64,000 nt of DNA, taken from the NCBI GenBank assembly GCA_029856045.1, contig JAHQWG010000025.1, forward strand, positions 94,904 to 158,903. The letters run 5' to 3'. Below, piece after piece: positions 47,708 to 58,639 of the stretch; position 1 is the first letter of the stretch; each line of letters begins with the position of its first letter. Position numbers and translations under genes: made by a program. Origin of the DNA: Promethearchaeia archaeon (GTDB lineage: Archaea; Asgardarchaeota; Lokiarchaeia; Sigyniarchaeales; SOKP01). Under the pieces are notes generated by a model, which saw only the letters and a list, made by a program, of their open reading frames with translations, searched no databases and was not told the origin of the DNA.

Positions 47708-48970
47708 CTAATAACCTTTTGGATAAGGATCTTCTAGAATTTCTACGATTTTGAAAGTTTTTTTGGATAACACTTTAGGAAACTGTTTTCTCATTATACC
47801 CCAAAAAAAGTGCTTTGCTCTTTTCTTCTTTATTTTATTAGAGATTGGCTTTTCTCCAATAGCCATTTGTAATAATTCAATGATATGATAAACTTTCATT
47901 CTTTTTTTCATGTACAACTTCTGAACTATTGAAAGTACAGCCAAACAACCGGCACAATAAACACATATTGCATCTGCTTTTGTCTTTTTAAATTCTCTAA
48001 TATTTCTGAATCCTGATTTAATTAAATTCATCGGATGATATGCACTATCTACAGAAAAACCACCTCCAATCCCGCAACATCTCATGTTTTCTCTACAAGA
48101 ATCTATTTCGATGACTTTCACACCTATTGCATTCAGAATTTTTCTTGGTATATCCATATATCCATCACCGAACATTTTACCATAACATGATTCTTGGATT
48201 GTAACGGTCAAATCTAATTTTTCCTTGATTTGAATTTCACCACTTTCAATTCGTTCCCAAAGATATTGAATATACGATTTAATTGACTCAAATTTATAAG
48301 TTAAACCGTAATGCGGCAAAACATTCATAAAAACATTTGTTCCAGCTGTGCAAAGAACAAGTAGATTTTTAGGCTTTAAAATGTTAAACCATTTATCTAA
48401 TCTTTTAGTAACTTGTTTTAATTGATCTACATAGCCTGTGCGAAATAATGTTTCACCACAACAATATTCAAGCCGACCTCTTATATCAAGATCTTTGAAG
48501 AAACTTGCTTGAGTTAATTCAGGAAAGGTAATTATATTACAACCAGGATATGTCAATGTATCCTCAACTGGGCTTAAATCTTTCCATTTCTCTAAAATTT
48601 CTTTAGCATTTTCTGACATATGGTCAATTACATAAGTACGGAAATTTGGATAATAGGGATAATGTGTTATATAATATTTTGCTCTTTTTTTTAGTCCATT
48701 TTCTTTATATTGTTCATTCCACCGCTTAAGGATAAGACTTGCAGGATGTGCATCAGTAGGACAGAAAAAATTGCAGGTAAAGCAACTCTGGCACTTTTTT
48801 AAAACTTGTTCGGTTTCTTCACCAGCTATTAATTTTCTCATTTCATTTTTTGATTCTTCGACCGAAAATTCCATTATTGGACAATGAGTTAGACATTCAC
48901 CGCATAAATCACAAACTTCTTCGTTAAAAGGGTCAAAAAATCTATTATTTATTGGTTTTATATTAGTCAT
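47708..48970 (-). CDS. Fe-S oxidoreductase with CCG domains (HdrD/GlpC-like)
   Basis: Two CxxCxxCxxxCP motifs, YPGC, CCGE, CCGIGGG, YCAGC. Confidence 0.88.
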   Translation of the reverse strand: MTNIKPINNRFFDPFNEEVCDLCGECLTHCPIMEFSVEESKNEMRKLIAGEETEQVLKKCQSCFTCNFFCPTDAHPASLILKRWNEQYKENGLKKRAKYYITHYPYYPNFRTYVIDHMSENAKEILEKWKDLSPVEDTLTYPGCNIITFPELTQASFFKDLDIRGRLEYCCGETLFRTGYVDQLKQVTKRLDKWFNILKPKNLLVLCTAGTNVFMNVLPHYGLTYKFESIKSYIQYLWERIESGEIQIKEKLDLTVTIQESCYGKMFGDGYMDIPRKILNAIGVKVIEIDSCRENMRCCGIGGGFSVDSAYHPMNLIKSGFRNIREFKKTKADAICVYCAGCLAVLSIVQKLYMKKRMKVYHIIELLQMAIGEKPISNKIKKKRAKHFFWGIMRKQFPKVLSKKTFKIVEILEDPYPKGY

Positions 48971-49076
48971 CTTACTTAAGAATGATATTTTTCAAATTAT
49001 CAATGGAGATATAATTTCTAAATTATTTAAGATATTAAATTCTTTCCAGTATATTTTTTAGTTTACTTTTAAAGAT

Positions 49077-50438
49077 TTAACGGGTTTTCATTATTGGCAT
49101 TAAAATTCGAAACATTTTTGCATATAATTTTCGAACTGCAGAAATGTTAAATGAACTTCGAATCAATTTTAACATTTTATATTTTTTTGGATGGAAAGTG
49201 CTCATGGTTTTATCATATGTTATTCGCTTTATAAAGAAATTCGCTTGAAATACAGATAAAAGCAATTGATACGTATAAATGGCGATTATATCCCAAGCTC
49301 GCTTGATATGGTCGTGAGGGTAATTTATTTTTTCACCCATTGCCATTCTAACTATTTCTATTATGTGATAAACATCAATTTTTTTGCCCAAAAGTTCTCT
49401 AGAAACCCACAATATAAATATACACCCACCACAATAAGAGATTAACGCTTTCGCTCCAGTTTCTTCCGCTTGTTCATATTTTTTTTTTGCTTCAGATATA
49501 ATATTAAATACCATTGAAATATTGCCCACACTAGAAGGTCCAACTCCAAATCCGCAACATAATGAATCTTTTTTATTATTTTTCATTTCTAGAATTTTAC
49601 AACCGCATTTCTTGAGAATTTCTCTTGGTTTTTCCCAATATACCCCATCTAAAGCTTTAGAATAACAATTGTCATGAACAGTGACTGTAAGATTTAATTG
49701 ATTAGGTAATTTTATTTCATCTGCATCAAGCTTTTCAATAAGCCAATCATGAAAATTTATAAATTTTTGATCATGGCTTACTTTCATTTCTTTAGGATGT
49801 ACTTCTTTGAAAAGATAATGGACTGCATCTAAAATCGGAACCACAATATCAACACCCCACTTATCGAAATCTTTTTTAGTTCTCTCAGCGACCTCTTGGG
49901 TGACATCCAGATATCCTAATTGATAGAGATAAGCACCTCCCTCCCATTGATCAATTCTATCTATAGGTTTAAAATAATTTAATAACTTACTTCCTCCAAT
50001 TATAAAGGGAAACAAATGAGTATAATTTCCAATTAATAAAACCTTATCAGAAGGGTTGGGAATATAATTCATCCATTCATAGATCCATCGTTTTTCTTGA
50101 TTAGAGAGATAAACATTAAGGAGTTGCCAAATGTTATGTTCCTCAGTAGGACAGACAAAACGAGAGAATGGAAGTGCGCCTCTCTCTTTGTATAAATCAT
50201 TCCACCTTTCAAGGATTAATTGATATGGATTTGCTTGTTGTGGACAATAAAAATTACATGATAAACACGTAGTGCAAGTAGTAAGAACATATTTAGATTC
50301 ATTTCCCTCGATAAGATTTTTAATTTCTAATTTTGCTTCTTCGATAGGCAACTTTAAAACAGGACAGAGATGAAAACACAACCCACATAAATCACATCTA
50401 TCCACTTTAAAGCCTGAAATCCTTTTTTCTTTAATCAT
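49077..50438 (-). CDS. Fe-S oxidoreductase with CCG domain (HdrD/GlpC-like), paralog
   Basis: Two CxxCxxCxxxCP motifs, HDNC, CCGFG, YCGGC. Confidence 0.86.
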   Translation of the reverse strand: MIKEKRISGFKVDRCDLCGLCFHLCPVLKLPIEEAKLEIKNLIEGNESKYVLTTCTTCLSCNFYCPQQANPYQLILERWNDLYKERGALPFSRFVCPTEEHNIWQLLNVYLSNQEKRWIYEWMNYIPNPSDKVLLIGNYTHLFPFIIGGSKLLNYFKPIDRIDQWEGGAYLYQLGYLDVTQEVAERTKKDFDKWGVDIVVPILDAVHYLFKEVHPKEMKVSHDQKFINFHDWLIEKLDADEIKLPNQLNLTVTVHDNCYSKALDGVYWEKPREILKKCGCKILEMKNNKKDSLCCGFGVGPSSVGNISMVFNIISEAKKKYEQAEETGAKALISYCGGCIFILWVSRELLGKKIDVYHIIEIVRMAMGEKINYPHDHIKRAWDIIAIYTYQLLLSVFQANFFIKRITYDKTMSTFHPKKYKMLKLIRSSFNISAVRKLYAKMFRILMPIMKTR

Positions 50439-50601
50439 TGTATCAATTATCTCGAATTATTGATTTTTTTTAATTGATATTTATTTAAAAGAATTTTATT
50501 AAAATAGGTTTCTCTTTTATCCAAAATACAAAATAAAAATAAAAACACTAATAAATATCATTAACAAATTTTTAATTTAGATATAATAAAGGGATAATTC
50601 T

Positions 50602-52167
50602 ATGGAAAAAGTTAGAGATGAATTTGAGCCTTCTCAGGAATTTCATATGTCAAAAAGAAAAATTATCATAAACCTATTAAAACTAATTCCTAAAATGAGA
50701 AGAATTAGAAAAAAAGCTGAGAAGCTCCTATTAGAGATACAAAAACCACTATTAAAAGTTCAAGCACCAACTTTGGAAATTATTCAAAATGATTTAGAAA
50801 AAATCTGTAGTGTCCCGCATAGAAGAATAGGAACAAAAGAAGCACATGAAATTGAAAATTTTTTAGAGAGTAAATTTATTGAATTAGGACTTGAAAATGT
50901 AAAGAAAGAACCAGTTAATGTTATAAATTGGGTTGCTAAAAATTGGAAATTAAATTTATCAAATGGAAATAAAACTACAGAAATTCCATGCTTTTATGTA
51001 CTGAATACTGAATTTACTGACAAGGATGGATTGACAGCTCCTATGGTTTATGTAGGAACGGGAAGAGATAAAGACTTTAGAAATATTGACGTTAAAGATA
51101 AAATTGTAGTTGCAGATATCGAATTTCCGACCTTACCTCTTGGCAAATTACTAAGTATAGCTAAACCATATTATGTTGCTGATCCTACTAACTCAATAGA
51201 TAAGACCACTAAAATGGTTTTAACATTTGCTTTATTGAATTTCCCACCACAAGCACTAGGGGGAAAACCAAGGGAAGATTCTGTTTATTGGCGTGCAGTA
51301 AGAAGAGGTGCTTTAGGTTTAATACTCATTTTAAGAGATTATCCATCAAATGTTAATAGTCATTGGGGTCCATATGATGGTACTATGAAACCAATTCCTG
51401 CTTTATACATAGGGAAATATGATGGTATGAAAGTTCGGGAACTGGCTCAATTAAATAATTCTCAAGCAACAATAATTCTTGAGGGTCACAAGGAACCAAG
51501 CATAGCTCATAATATATGGGGAATATTACCAGGAAAATCTGAGGAGCTGATAATGATATCTAGCCATCATGATTCTGCATTTGAGGGTGCTTCCGAAGAT
51601 GGAACTGGAGTTTCAATGGTTCTAGCTCAATTAAGAGCTTGGACTAAAATTCCAAAAAATGAAAGAGTTCGCTCAATATTATTCATATTAACAGCAGGTC
51701 ACCTATATGGAGGAATAGGAGCAGAATCATTTGCAAGAAAATATAGAGATGATCTTTTAAAGAATGTGTTAGTTGATGTGAACTTAGAACATATGTGTGC
51801 AAAAGATGTTGAAGAAGATCCTGAAACTCATAATTTTAAAATAACAAAAGAACTTGCATTTGGGGCAGTATTTCTTTCTCAAAGAGTGCAATTAGTAGCT
51901 CACACAATTAAGGCATTTAAAGAGCACAAAATAGAGCGTATGATGTTAATTCCAGACAATTTTTTTGCAACACCTCCTATTGGTGAAGCAGGTCATTTTA
52001 CATCTCATAGTGATTTAAAAATTATTCATTGGATAAGGTCCCCCTATTATTTACTCACTGCAGAAGATACACTGGATAAAATTGATATGAGGAAATTAAG
52101 TTCTACTGCTCAATGTGTCTCAGATTTGATTAATTCTCTAATGGTTTTATCAAAAGAACGGTTTTAA
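50602..52167 (+). CDS. PA-domain M28-like peptidase
   Basis: HRRIGT, MVYVGTG...VKDKIVV PA domain, SSHHDS, GASEDGTG. Confidence 0.8.
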   Translation: MEKVRDEFEPSQEFHMSKRKIIINLLKLIPKMRRIRKKAEKLLLEIQKPLLKVQAPTLEIIQNDLEKICSVPHRRIGTKEAHEIENFLESKFIELGLENVKKEPVNVINWVAKNWKLNLSNGNKTTEIPCFYVLNTEFTDKDGLTAPMVYVGTGRDKDFRNIDVKDKIVVADIEFPTLPLGKLLSIAKPYYVADPTNSIDKTTKMVLTFALLNFPPQALGGKPREDSVYWRAVRRGALGLILILRDYPSNVNSHWGPYDGTMKPIPALYIGKYDGMKVRELAQLNNSQATIILEGHKEPSIAHNIWGILPGKSEELIMISSHHDSAFEGASEDGTGVSMVLAQLRAWTKIPKNERVRSILFILTAGHLYGGIGAESFARKYRDDLLKNVLVDVNLEHMCAKDVEEDPETHNFKITKELAFGAVFLSQRVQLVAHTIKAFKEHKIERMMLIPDNFFATPPIGEAGHFTSHSDLKIIHWIRSPYYLLTAEDTLDKIDMRKLSSTAQCVSDLINSLMVLSKERF

Positions 52168-52517
52168 TTTTAGTTCTATTTGTTCAATCTTTTTAATTAC
52201 GTTTGTAACCAGAAATCATTAATTTCCTACAATTTATACAATTAAATTATCTTTTTTTAGCGTGGTTTTAGATATACCATATAAAGATCTTTTTTCAAGA
52301 ACAAAATATCAGTTATAACAATATTTTGAAAGGCAGATTGTTAAGAATCTACATAAATTTAGAGAACAAACAATTAAAAAATCGAATTGTTATTATTTTA
52401 AAAAAGGTTCTTAATAATCTATTTATTATTTAAAAAAAGTTTTAAGAAATATTTTTAAAAATCGAAATCAATTTTATTAAAAAGATTTAAATAAAAAAAG
52501 TAGGATTTTGAAAAAAA

Positions 52518-55355
52518 ATGGAACATATTAATGCACATTATATAAGTATTGAAGAAGTAGCAAAAAGATATAGTACCTCATTAGAATCAGGTTTGACAGA
52601 AGCAGAGACCCAAGTAAGGCTTGAAAAATACGGAAGGAATGAGTTAATTAAAGAAAAAGAAAAGACTGCTTGGCAAATTTTTATAGGTCAATTTAAAAGT
52701 TTTCTTGTCTATTTGCTGGTTTTTGCAATTATTATCTCTATTATTATAGGAGTATGGGAATCCACTAGACCAGGAGCATCAGCTTTGTCATCTGAATACA
52801 TAGATGCTATAGTAATTAGTTCCATTTTAATTATCAATGCAGTATTAGGATTTTACCAAGAATACAAGGCTGAAGAATCACTTGAGAGTTTAAAAAAATT
52901 AGCACCTCATTATGCGAAAGTACAAAGGGATGGAATTGTTAAAGAAATAGGCGTTGAAGAGGTTGTTCCAGGAGATATTGTGTTAGTGGAGGAAGGAGAT
53001 AAGTTTCCCGCAGATATAAGACTTACAAAACAATTTTCACTTTATGTGGATGAGGCAATATTAACAGGAGAATCGAAACCAGTTCAGAAACAATTGGATA
53101 TTGTAGACGAAAAGATGATTTTAGCAGATAGAACCAACCTCGGGTATATGAATACGATAGTGACTAGAGGAAATGGAGAGGGCATTGTAATAGGGACAGG
53201 AATGAATACTGAAATAGGAAGAATTGCGGGGAAATTACAGGAAGAGGTAATAGAACCAAGTCCCTTTCAAAAAGAAGTAGATAAATTTGGAAAACAATTA
53301 GGAATTATTATTATAATAATATGTGTGGCAGTTTTTGTATTTGAATTCATTCTCATATTATTGACTGAAGGTTTTACAATTACTGAACAGGGGATTGAAG
53401 AAATCATAGATGCCTTTAAAATAGCAATAAGTTTAGCTGTTTCCGCGGTTCCTGAAGGATTAGTTGTAGTTATTACGGTTGTAATGAGTATAGGGATGAG
53501 GAAAATGGTGGATCGAAATGCATTAGTAAGAAAATTAACAGCTGTTGAAACATTAGGTAGAGTAAATATAATTTGTTCTGATAAAACTGGGACATTAACA
53601 AAAAATGAAATGACCGTTGTAAAAATATATTTCGATGATAAAGAGTTACCTGTTGAAGGTGTGGGATACAATACTAAAGGGAATATTCTCGAAAATGAAA
53701 AACCAATCGTTATGAATAATGATCTTAAAAGGTTTTTAGAAGTTTGTTTATTTTGCAATGATTCTCATGTTAGTATAGTTGATGAAAATACTGGAGATCT
53801 AGCAGTGGTTGGTGATCCAACTGAAATTTCTATGAAAGTTTTAGCGTTAAAAGGGAATATAGATCAATCTTTCGAAAAAATGGATGAGATCCCATTTAGT
53901 TCTGACAGAAAAATGATGACTGTAATTGGTAAAAAAGACGGAAAAATAACCGCTTACATAAAAGGAGCTCCTGATGTACTCATGAGAAACGCTTCTAAGG
54001 TGTTATTAAATGGAGAAGTAAAATCAATTGATGTTTTAAAAGATAAAATCTTAGAAAAAAATGAAGAGTTTGCAAAAAGTGCATTAAGAGTTCTTGGGGT
54101 TGCATATAAAGAATTAAATTCAGATTATGATATCAATAATGTGGAAAAGGATTATATTTATATCGGATTAGCTGGTATTATTGATCCACCAAGAGATGAA
54201 GTAATAGAAGCAATCATAGGAGCAAGAACCGCTGGAATCAGAACAATTATGATTACAGGCGATCATAAAATTACAGCTATCGCAATCGGACAGGCAATTG
54301 GTTTAACTGAATCAGATGAAGCAATTACTGGTGCAGAATTAGAACGAATTAGTGACGATGAACTTCGAGAGAAAGTTAAAACCGTAGACATTTTTGCAAG
54401 AGTTACATCAGAACATAAATTAAGAATATTAAGAAGATTAAAGGAGTTAGATATGGTTGTATCTATGACTGGTGATGGAGTTAATGACGCCCCAGCTGTA
54501 AAAGGGGCACATGTTGGTGTTGCAATGGGATTAAAAGGAACTGAAGTTACTCAAGAAGCTTCAGAAATGATATTAATTGATGATAACTATGCAACTATTG
54601 TTAATGCTATAGAAGAAGGGAGAGGAATATTTGAAACAACTAAAGGTTTCTTTCGTTACATGTTAAGCACCAATTTTGATGAGATTTTTCTAATAATAAC
54701 GGCGTATTTAGTGATGAAATTATTTGCAAATGTTTTCTTAGCTCTTCCATTAGAACCAATTCAAATTCTTTGGCTAAATATTGCAACAGATGGCATACCT
54801 GCAATGGTTCTGGGATTTACTCCTACAGATCCCGATGTGATGAAACAGAAACCGCGAAAAGGCTTTTCCTTAATGCCAGAAATAAAAGGACCAGTTCTTT
54901 TTCTTGGAATTTACACATCCATTACTGATATTGGTCTTTATTTGATTCTCTGGATATATTTAATACCTCTTTGGAGTACCATAGATCCTAATTTGGTAAA
55001 TTTTTTAACCGATCCAGTTGCACAGCAATATGCAATTGCATTATCACAAACAATAATATTTACGAACTTAGTAATCTGTGAATTAATGTTTGTATTCACG
55101 TGTACTTCTAATACAAAACCGTTTTATAAGTTTCCAAATAAGCATCTATTTTGGGCTGTCGGACTATCTCTTGGATTGCAATTGTTATTACTTTATACCC
55201 CGTTAGGTCTTGCATTTCGTATTATACCCTTAACACAATGGTATCATTGGGTTACGATTTTCCTTGGCGCATTTAGTGTTTCCGTTGTTGATGAGTTAAG
55301 AAAATATTTTATCAGACGAAAACAAAGAAAAAATCCCAATATAGAATATTATTAG
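52518..55355 (+). CDS. P2A-type cation (Ca2+)-transporting ATPase, copy 1
   Basis: LTGES, VPEGL, DKTGTLT, KGAPD, TGDH, GDGVNDAP, WLNIATDG. Confidence 0.95.
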   Translation: MEHINAHYISIEEVAKRYSTSLESGLTEAETQVRLEKYGRNELIKEKEKTAWQIFIGQFKSFLVYLLVFAIIISIIIGVWESTRPGASALSSEYIDAIVISSILIINAVLGFYQEYKAEESLESLKKLAPHYAKVQRDGIVKEIGVEEVVPGDIVLVEEGDKFPADIRLTKQFSLYVDEAILTGESKPVQKQLDIVDEKMILADRTNLGYMNTIVTRGNGEGIVIGTGMNTEIGRIAGKLQEEVIEPSPFQKEVDKFGKQLGIIIIIICVAVFVFEFILILLTEGFTITEQGIEEIIDAFKIAISLAVSAVPEGLVVVITVVMSIGMRKMVDRNALVRKLTAVETLGRVNIICSDKTGTLTKNEMTVVKIYFDDKELPVEGVGYNTKGNILENEKPIVMNNDLKRFLEVCLFCNDSHVSIVDENTGDLAVVGDPTEISMKVLALKGNIDQSFEKMDEIPFSSDRKMMTVIGKKDGKITAYIKGAPDVLMRNASKVLLNGEVKSIDVLKDKILEKNEEFAKSALRVLGVAYKELNSDYDINNVEKDYIYIGLAGIIDPPRDEVIEAIIGARTAGIRTIMITGDHKITAIAIGQAIGLTESDEAITGAELERISDDELREKVKTVDIFARVTSEHKLRILRRLKELDMVVSMTGDGVNDAPAVKGAHVGVAMGLKGTEVTQEASEMILIDDNYATIVNAIEEGRGIFETTKGFFRYMLSTNFDEIFLIITAYLVMKLFANVFLALPLEPIQILWLNIATDGIPAMVLGFTPTDPDVMKQKPRKGFSLMPEIKGPVLFLGIYTSITDIGLYLILWIYLIPLWSTIDPNLVNFLTDPVAQQYAIALSQTIIFTNLVICELMFVFTCTSNTKPFYKFPNKHLFWAVGLSLGLQLLLLYTPLGLAFRIIPLTQWYHWVTIFLGAFSVSVVDELRKYFIRRKQRKNPNIEYY

Positions 55356-55698
55356 TTTTTCTCTTAATTTTTTTTTAATTAATCACAAACATTATCTATA
55401 AATGCTTAAAAACGATTTTCAAGTTCTTTTAGATTATTTAAAAAAAAACATAAATAATTTTCCCAAATCATTAGTTTTAGAGTATTTATCAATTATCTCA
55501 TTAAATTCTTTGATTTATTTTTTAATAAAGATAACTTTAAACAATAATCCCTCTAGTTTGATTGAAGTATGTAATATGAAAACTATATTTTCTTTTTAAA
55601 AAAGGTTTTAAGATATCAATTTTTATTGAATTTAGATTTTTAAATCAAAATTTATTTTTCAAGAAAATTTAAATAAAAATTTAGGATTTTGAAGAGAT

Positions 55699-58536
55699 AT
55701 GGAGCAAATAAGTGCACATTCATCAAATATTGAAGAAGTTGTAAAGGCATTTAATAGTTCAATTGATACTGGTTTAACAGAAACAAAAGTGAGCGCAAAA
55801 CTCGAAGAGCACGGGAGAAATGAATTAATAAAAGAAAAAGGAAAGACAGCTTTAGATATATTTTTAGGCCAGTTTAAGGACTTTCTAATTTATTTATTGA
55901 TGTTTGCAATATTAATATCAGTAATAATAGGAGCATGGGAAGCATCTCGACCAGGTGCCCCAGCATGGTCTTCAGAATATACTGATGCCATAGTAATAAT
56001 TGCTATTTTAATTGTCAATGCAATTCTAGGGTTTTATCAAGAATATAAAGCAGAAAAATCTCTTGAAAGTTTAAAAAAATTAGCACCTCATTTTGCTAAA
56101 GTACGAAGAGAAGGAATAGTTAAGGAAATAAGCGTCGAAGAAGTTGTTCCTGGAGATATTGTATTAATAGAGGAAGGAGATAAGTTTCCCGCAGATATAA
56201 GACTTACGAAACAATTCTCACTTTATGTAGATGAAGCAATATTAACAGGAGAATCGCAACCGGTTAAAAAGCAATTAGACATTGTAGATAAAAAGATGAT
56301 TTTAGCAGATAGAACCAACCTTGGATATATGAATACTATAATTACAAGAGGGAATGGGGAAGGTATTGTAATAGGGACAGGAATGAATACTGAAATCGGG
56401 AAAATTGCAGGAAGATTACAAGAAGAGGTGATAGAACCAAGTCCTTTCCAAAAAGAAGTCAATCGATTCGGAAAACAGTTAGGAATAATAATAATGATAA
56501 TATGTGGTGCTGTTTTTCTAGTTGAACTGGTTCTTATAATAGCTACGGAAGGTCTGGTTTTTACAGAACAAAATATTGAGGAAATCATAAATGCATTTGA
56601 AATAGCAATAAGTTTAGCAGTTTCTGCCGTGCCTGAAGGATTAATTGTAGTGATTACTGTTGTTATGAGCATCGGAATGAGAAAAATGGCAAATCGAAAC
56701 GCACTGGTGAGGAAACTGACAGCTGTTGAAACATTGGGAAGAGTGAATGTAATATGTTCTGATAAAACTGGAACTTTGACTAAAAATGAAATGACCGTTG
56801 TAAAATTATATATAGATGATAAAGAGCTTACTGTTGAAGGTGTTGGATACAATATGAATGGTCAAATTCTCGAAGATGAAAAGCGAGTCGTTGATAATGA
56901 TGATCTTAAAAGATTTTTGGAAGTATGCACGTTTTGCAACAATTCTCATGTTAGTTTAGTTGATCAAAAAACTGGAGATCTAACAGTTGTAGGGGATCCT
57001 ACTGAAATTTCTATGAAAGTATTAGGATTAAAAGGAAATATTGATCCGTCTTTTGAGAAATTAGATGAGATTCCTTTTAATTCTGATAGAAAAATGATGA
57101 CTGTAATTGGGAAAAAAGACAGAAAAATAATTGCTTATATAAAAGGAGCACCTGATGTTCTCATGATGAATGCTTCTAAGGTTTTATTAAATAATGAAGT
57201 AAAACCAATTGATATCTTAAAAGATAAAATTTTGAAACAAAATGAAGAATTTGCAAAAAGTGCATTAAGAGTTCTTGGAGTTGCATATAAAGAATTAGAT
57301 TCGAATTATGATATTAATGAAGTGGAAAAAGACTTTACATATCTTGGGTTGGTTGGAATAATTGATCCAGCAAGAGATGAGGTAAAAGATTCAATAATAG
57401 AAGCAAGAAATGCGGGAATTAGAACAATTATGATTACGGGTGATCATAAAATTACGGCTATTGCAATCGCACATCAAATAGGTTTAACTGAATCTAGTGA
57501 AGCAATTACTGGGATAGAATTAGAGGAAATGAATGACGAAGAGCTACGAGAGAAAGTTAAAACGGTAGACATTTTTGCAAGAGTTACGTCAGAACATAAG
57601 TTAAGAATTTTAAAAAGACTAAAGGAGTTAGATATGGTTGTATCTATGACTGGTGATGGAGTTAATGACGCCCCAGCTGTAAAAGGGGCGCATGTTGGTG
57701 TTGCAATGGGAATAAAAGGAACAGAAGTTACTCAAGAAGCTTCAGAAATGATATTAATCGATGATAATTATTCAACTATTGTAAATGCAATAGAAGAAGG
57801 GAGAGGAATATTTGAAACAACTAAAGGATTCTTTCGTTACATGCTAAGTACTAATTTTGATGAGATTTTTATGATTATAACGGCCTATATTGTTATGAAA
57901 TTATTTGCAAATATATTTATAGGTCTTCCAGTTTTGCCAATACAGATTCTTTGGTTAAACATTGCAACAGATGGCATACCTGCAATGGTTCTGGGATTGA
58001 CTCCTACAGATCCCGATGTGATGAAACAGAAACCGCGAAAAGGCTATTCTTTAATAGAAGATATAAAGGGACCAGTCCTTTTTCTGGGAATCTATACTTC
58101 CATCACAGATATTAGTCTTTATTTACTTCTATGGATATGGTTAATTCCAGCTTGGAGTTTAATCGATCCTAACTTAGCAAACTATTTAATTGATCCAACA
58201 GCTCAACAATATGCAATTACATTATCGCAAACAATTGTATTTACTAATTTAGTAATTTGTGAATTAATGTTTGTATTCACATGTACTTCCAATATAATAC
58301 CGTTTTATTTGTTTCCAAATAAACATTTATTTTGGGCTGTAGGACTATCTCTTGGATTACAATTGTTATTACTTTATACCCCAATAGGTCTCGCATTTCG
58401 TGTTATCCCTTTAACACAATGGTATCATTGGGTTACGGTTTTCATTGGCGCATTTAGTGTTTCCGTTGTTGATGAGTTGAGAAAATATAAATTAAGAAGG
58501 AAACAAAGAAAAAATCTAAATTCTACAATTATCTAA
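55699..58536 (+). CDS. P2A-type cation (Ca2+)-transporting ATPase, copy 2
   Basis: Same motifs and same 945-aa length as copy 1. Confidence 0.95.
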   Translation: MEQISAHSSNIEEVVKAFNSSIDTGLTETKVSAKLEEHGRNELIKEKGKTALDIFLGQFKDFLIYLLMFAILISVIIGAWEASRPGAPAWSSEYTDAIVIIAILIVNAILGFYQEYKAEKSLESLKKLAPHFAKVRREGIVKEISVEEVVPGDIVLIEEGDKFPADIRLTKQFSLYVDEAILTGESQPVKKQLDIVDKKMILADRTNLGYMNTIITRGNGEGIVIGTGMNTEIGKIAGRLQEEVIEPSPFQKEVNRFGKQLGIIIMIICGAVFLVELVLIIATEGLVFTEQNIEEIINAFEIAISLAVSAVPEGLIVVITVVMSIGMRKMANRNALVRKLTAVETLGRVNVICSDKTGTLTKNEMTVVKLYIDDKELTVEGVGYNMNGQILEDEKRVVDNDDLKRFLEVCTFCNNSHVSLVDQKTGDLTVVGDPTEISMKVLGLKGNIDPSFEKLDEIPFNSDRKMMTVIGKKDRKIIAYIKGAPDVLMMNASKVLLNNEVKPIDILKDKILKQNEEFAKSALRVLGVAYKELDSNYDINEVEKDFTYLGLVGIIDPARDEVKDSIIEARNAGIRTIMITGDHKITAIAIAHQIGLTESSEAITGIELEEMNDEELREKVKTVDIFARVTSEHKLRILKRLKELDMVVSMTGDGVNDAPAVKGAHVGVAMGIKGTEVTQEASEMILIDDNYSTIVNAIEEGRGIFETTKGFFRYMLSTNFDEIFMIITAYIVMKLFANIFIGLPVLPIQILWLNIATDGIPAMVLGLTPTDPDVMKQKPRKGYSLIEDIKGPVLFLGIYTSITDISLYLLLWIWLIPAWSLIDPNLANYLIDPTAQQYAITLSQTIVFTNLVICELMFVFTCTSNIIPFYLFPNKHLFWAVGLSLGLQLLLLYTPIGLAFRVIPLTQWYHWVTVFIGAFSVSVVDELRKYKLRRKQRKNLNSTII

Positions 58537-58639
58537 TAACGAGATTATTTTTTATTATAATTTATTTCAAGATAATTAAATGGGAAATTTTTGGTCTTAA
58601 ATAATAAATTGAAAATTCTAATAAACTAAATTTAGAAAT

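Noticed and set aside
55402-55599. 65-aa ORF between the ATPase copies
   Set aside because: AT-rich spacer sequence, no SD, no recognisable motif
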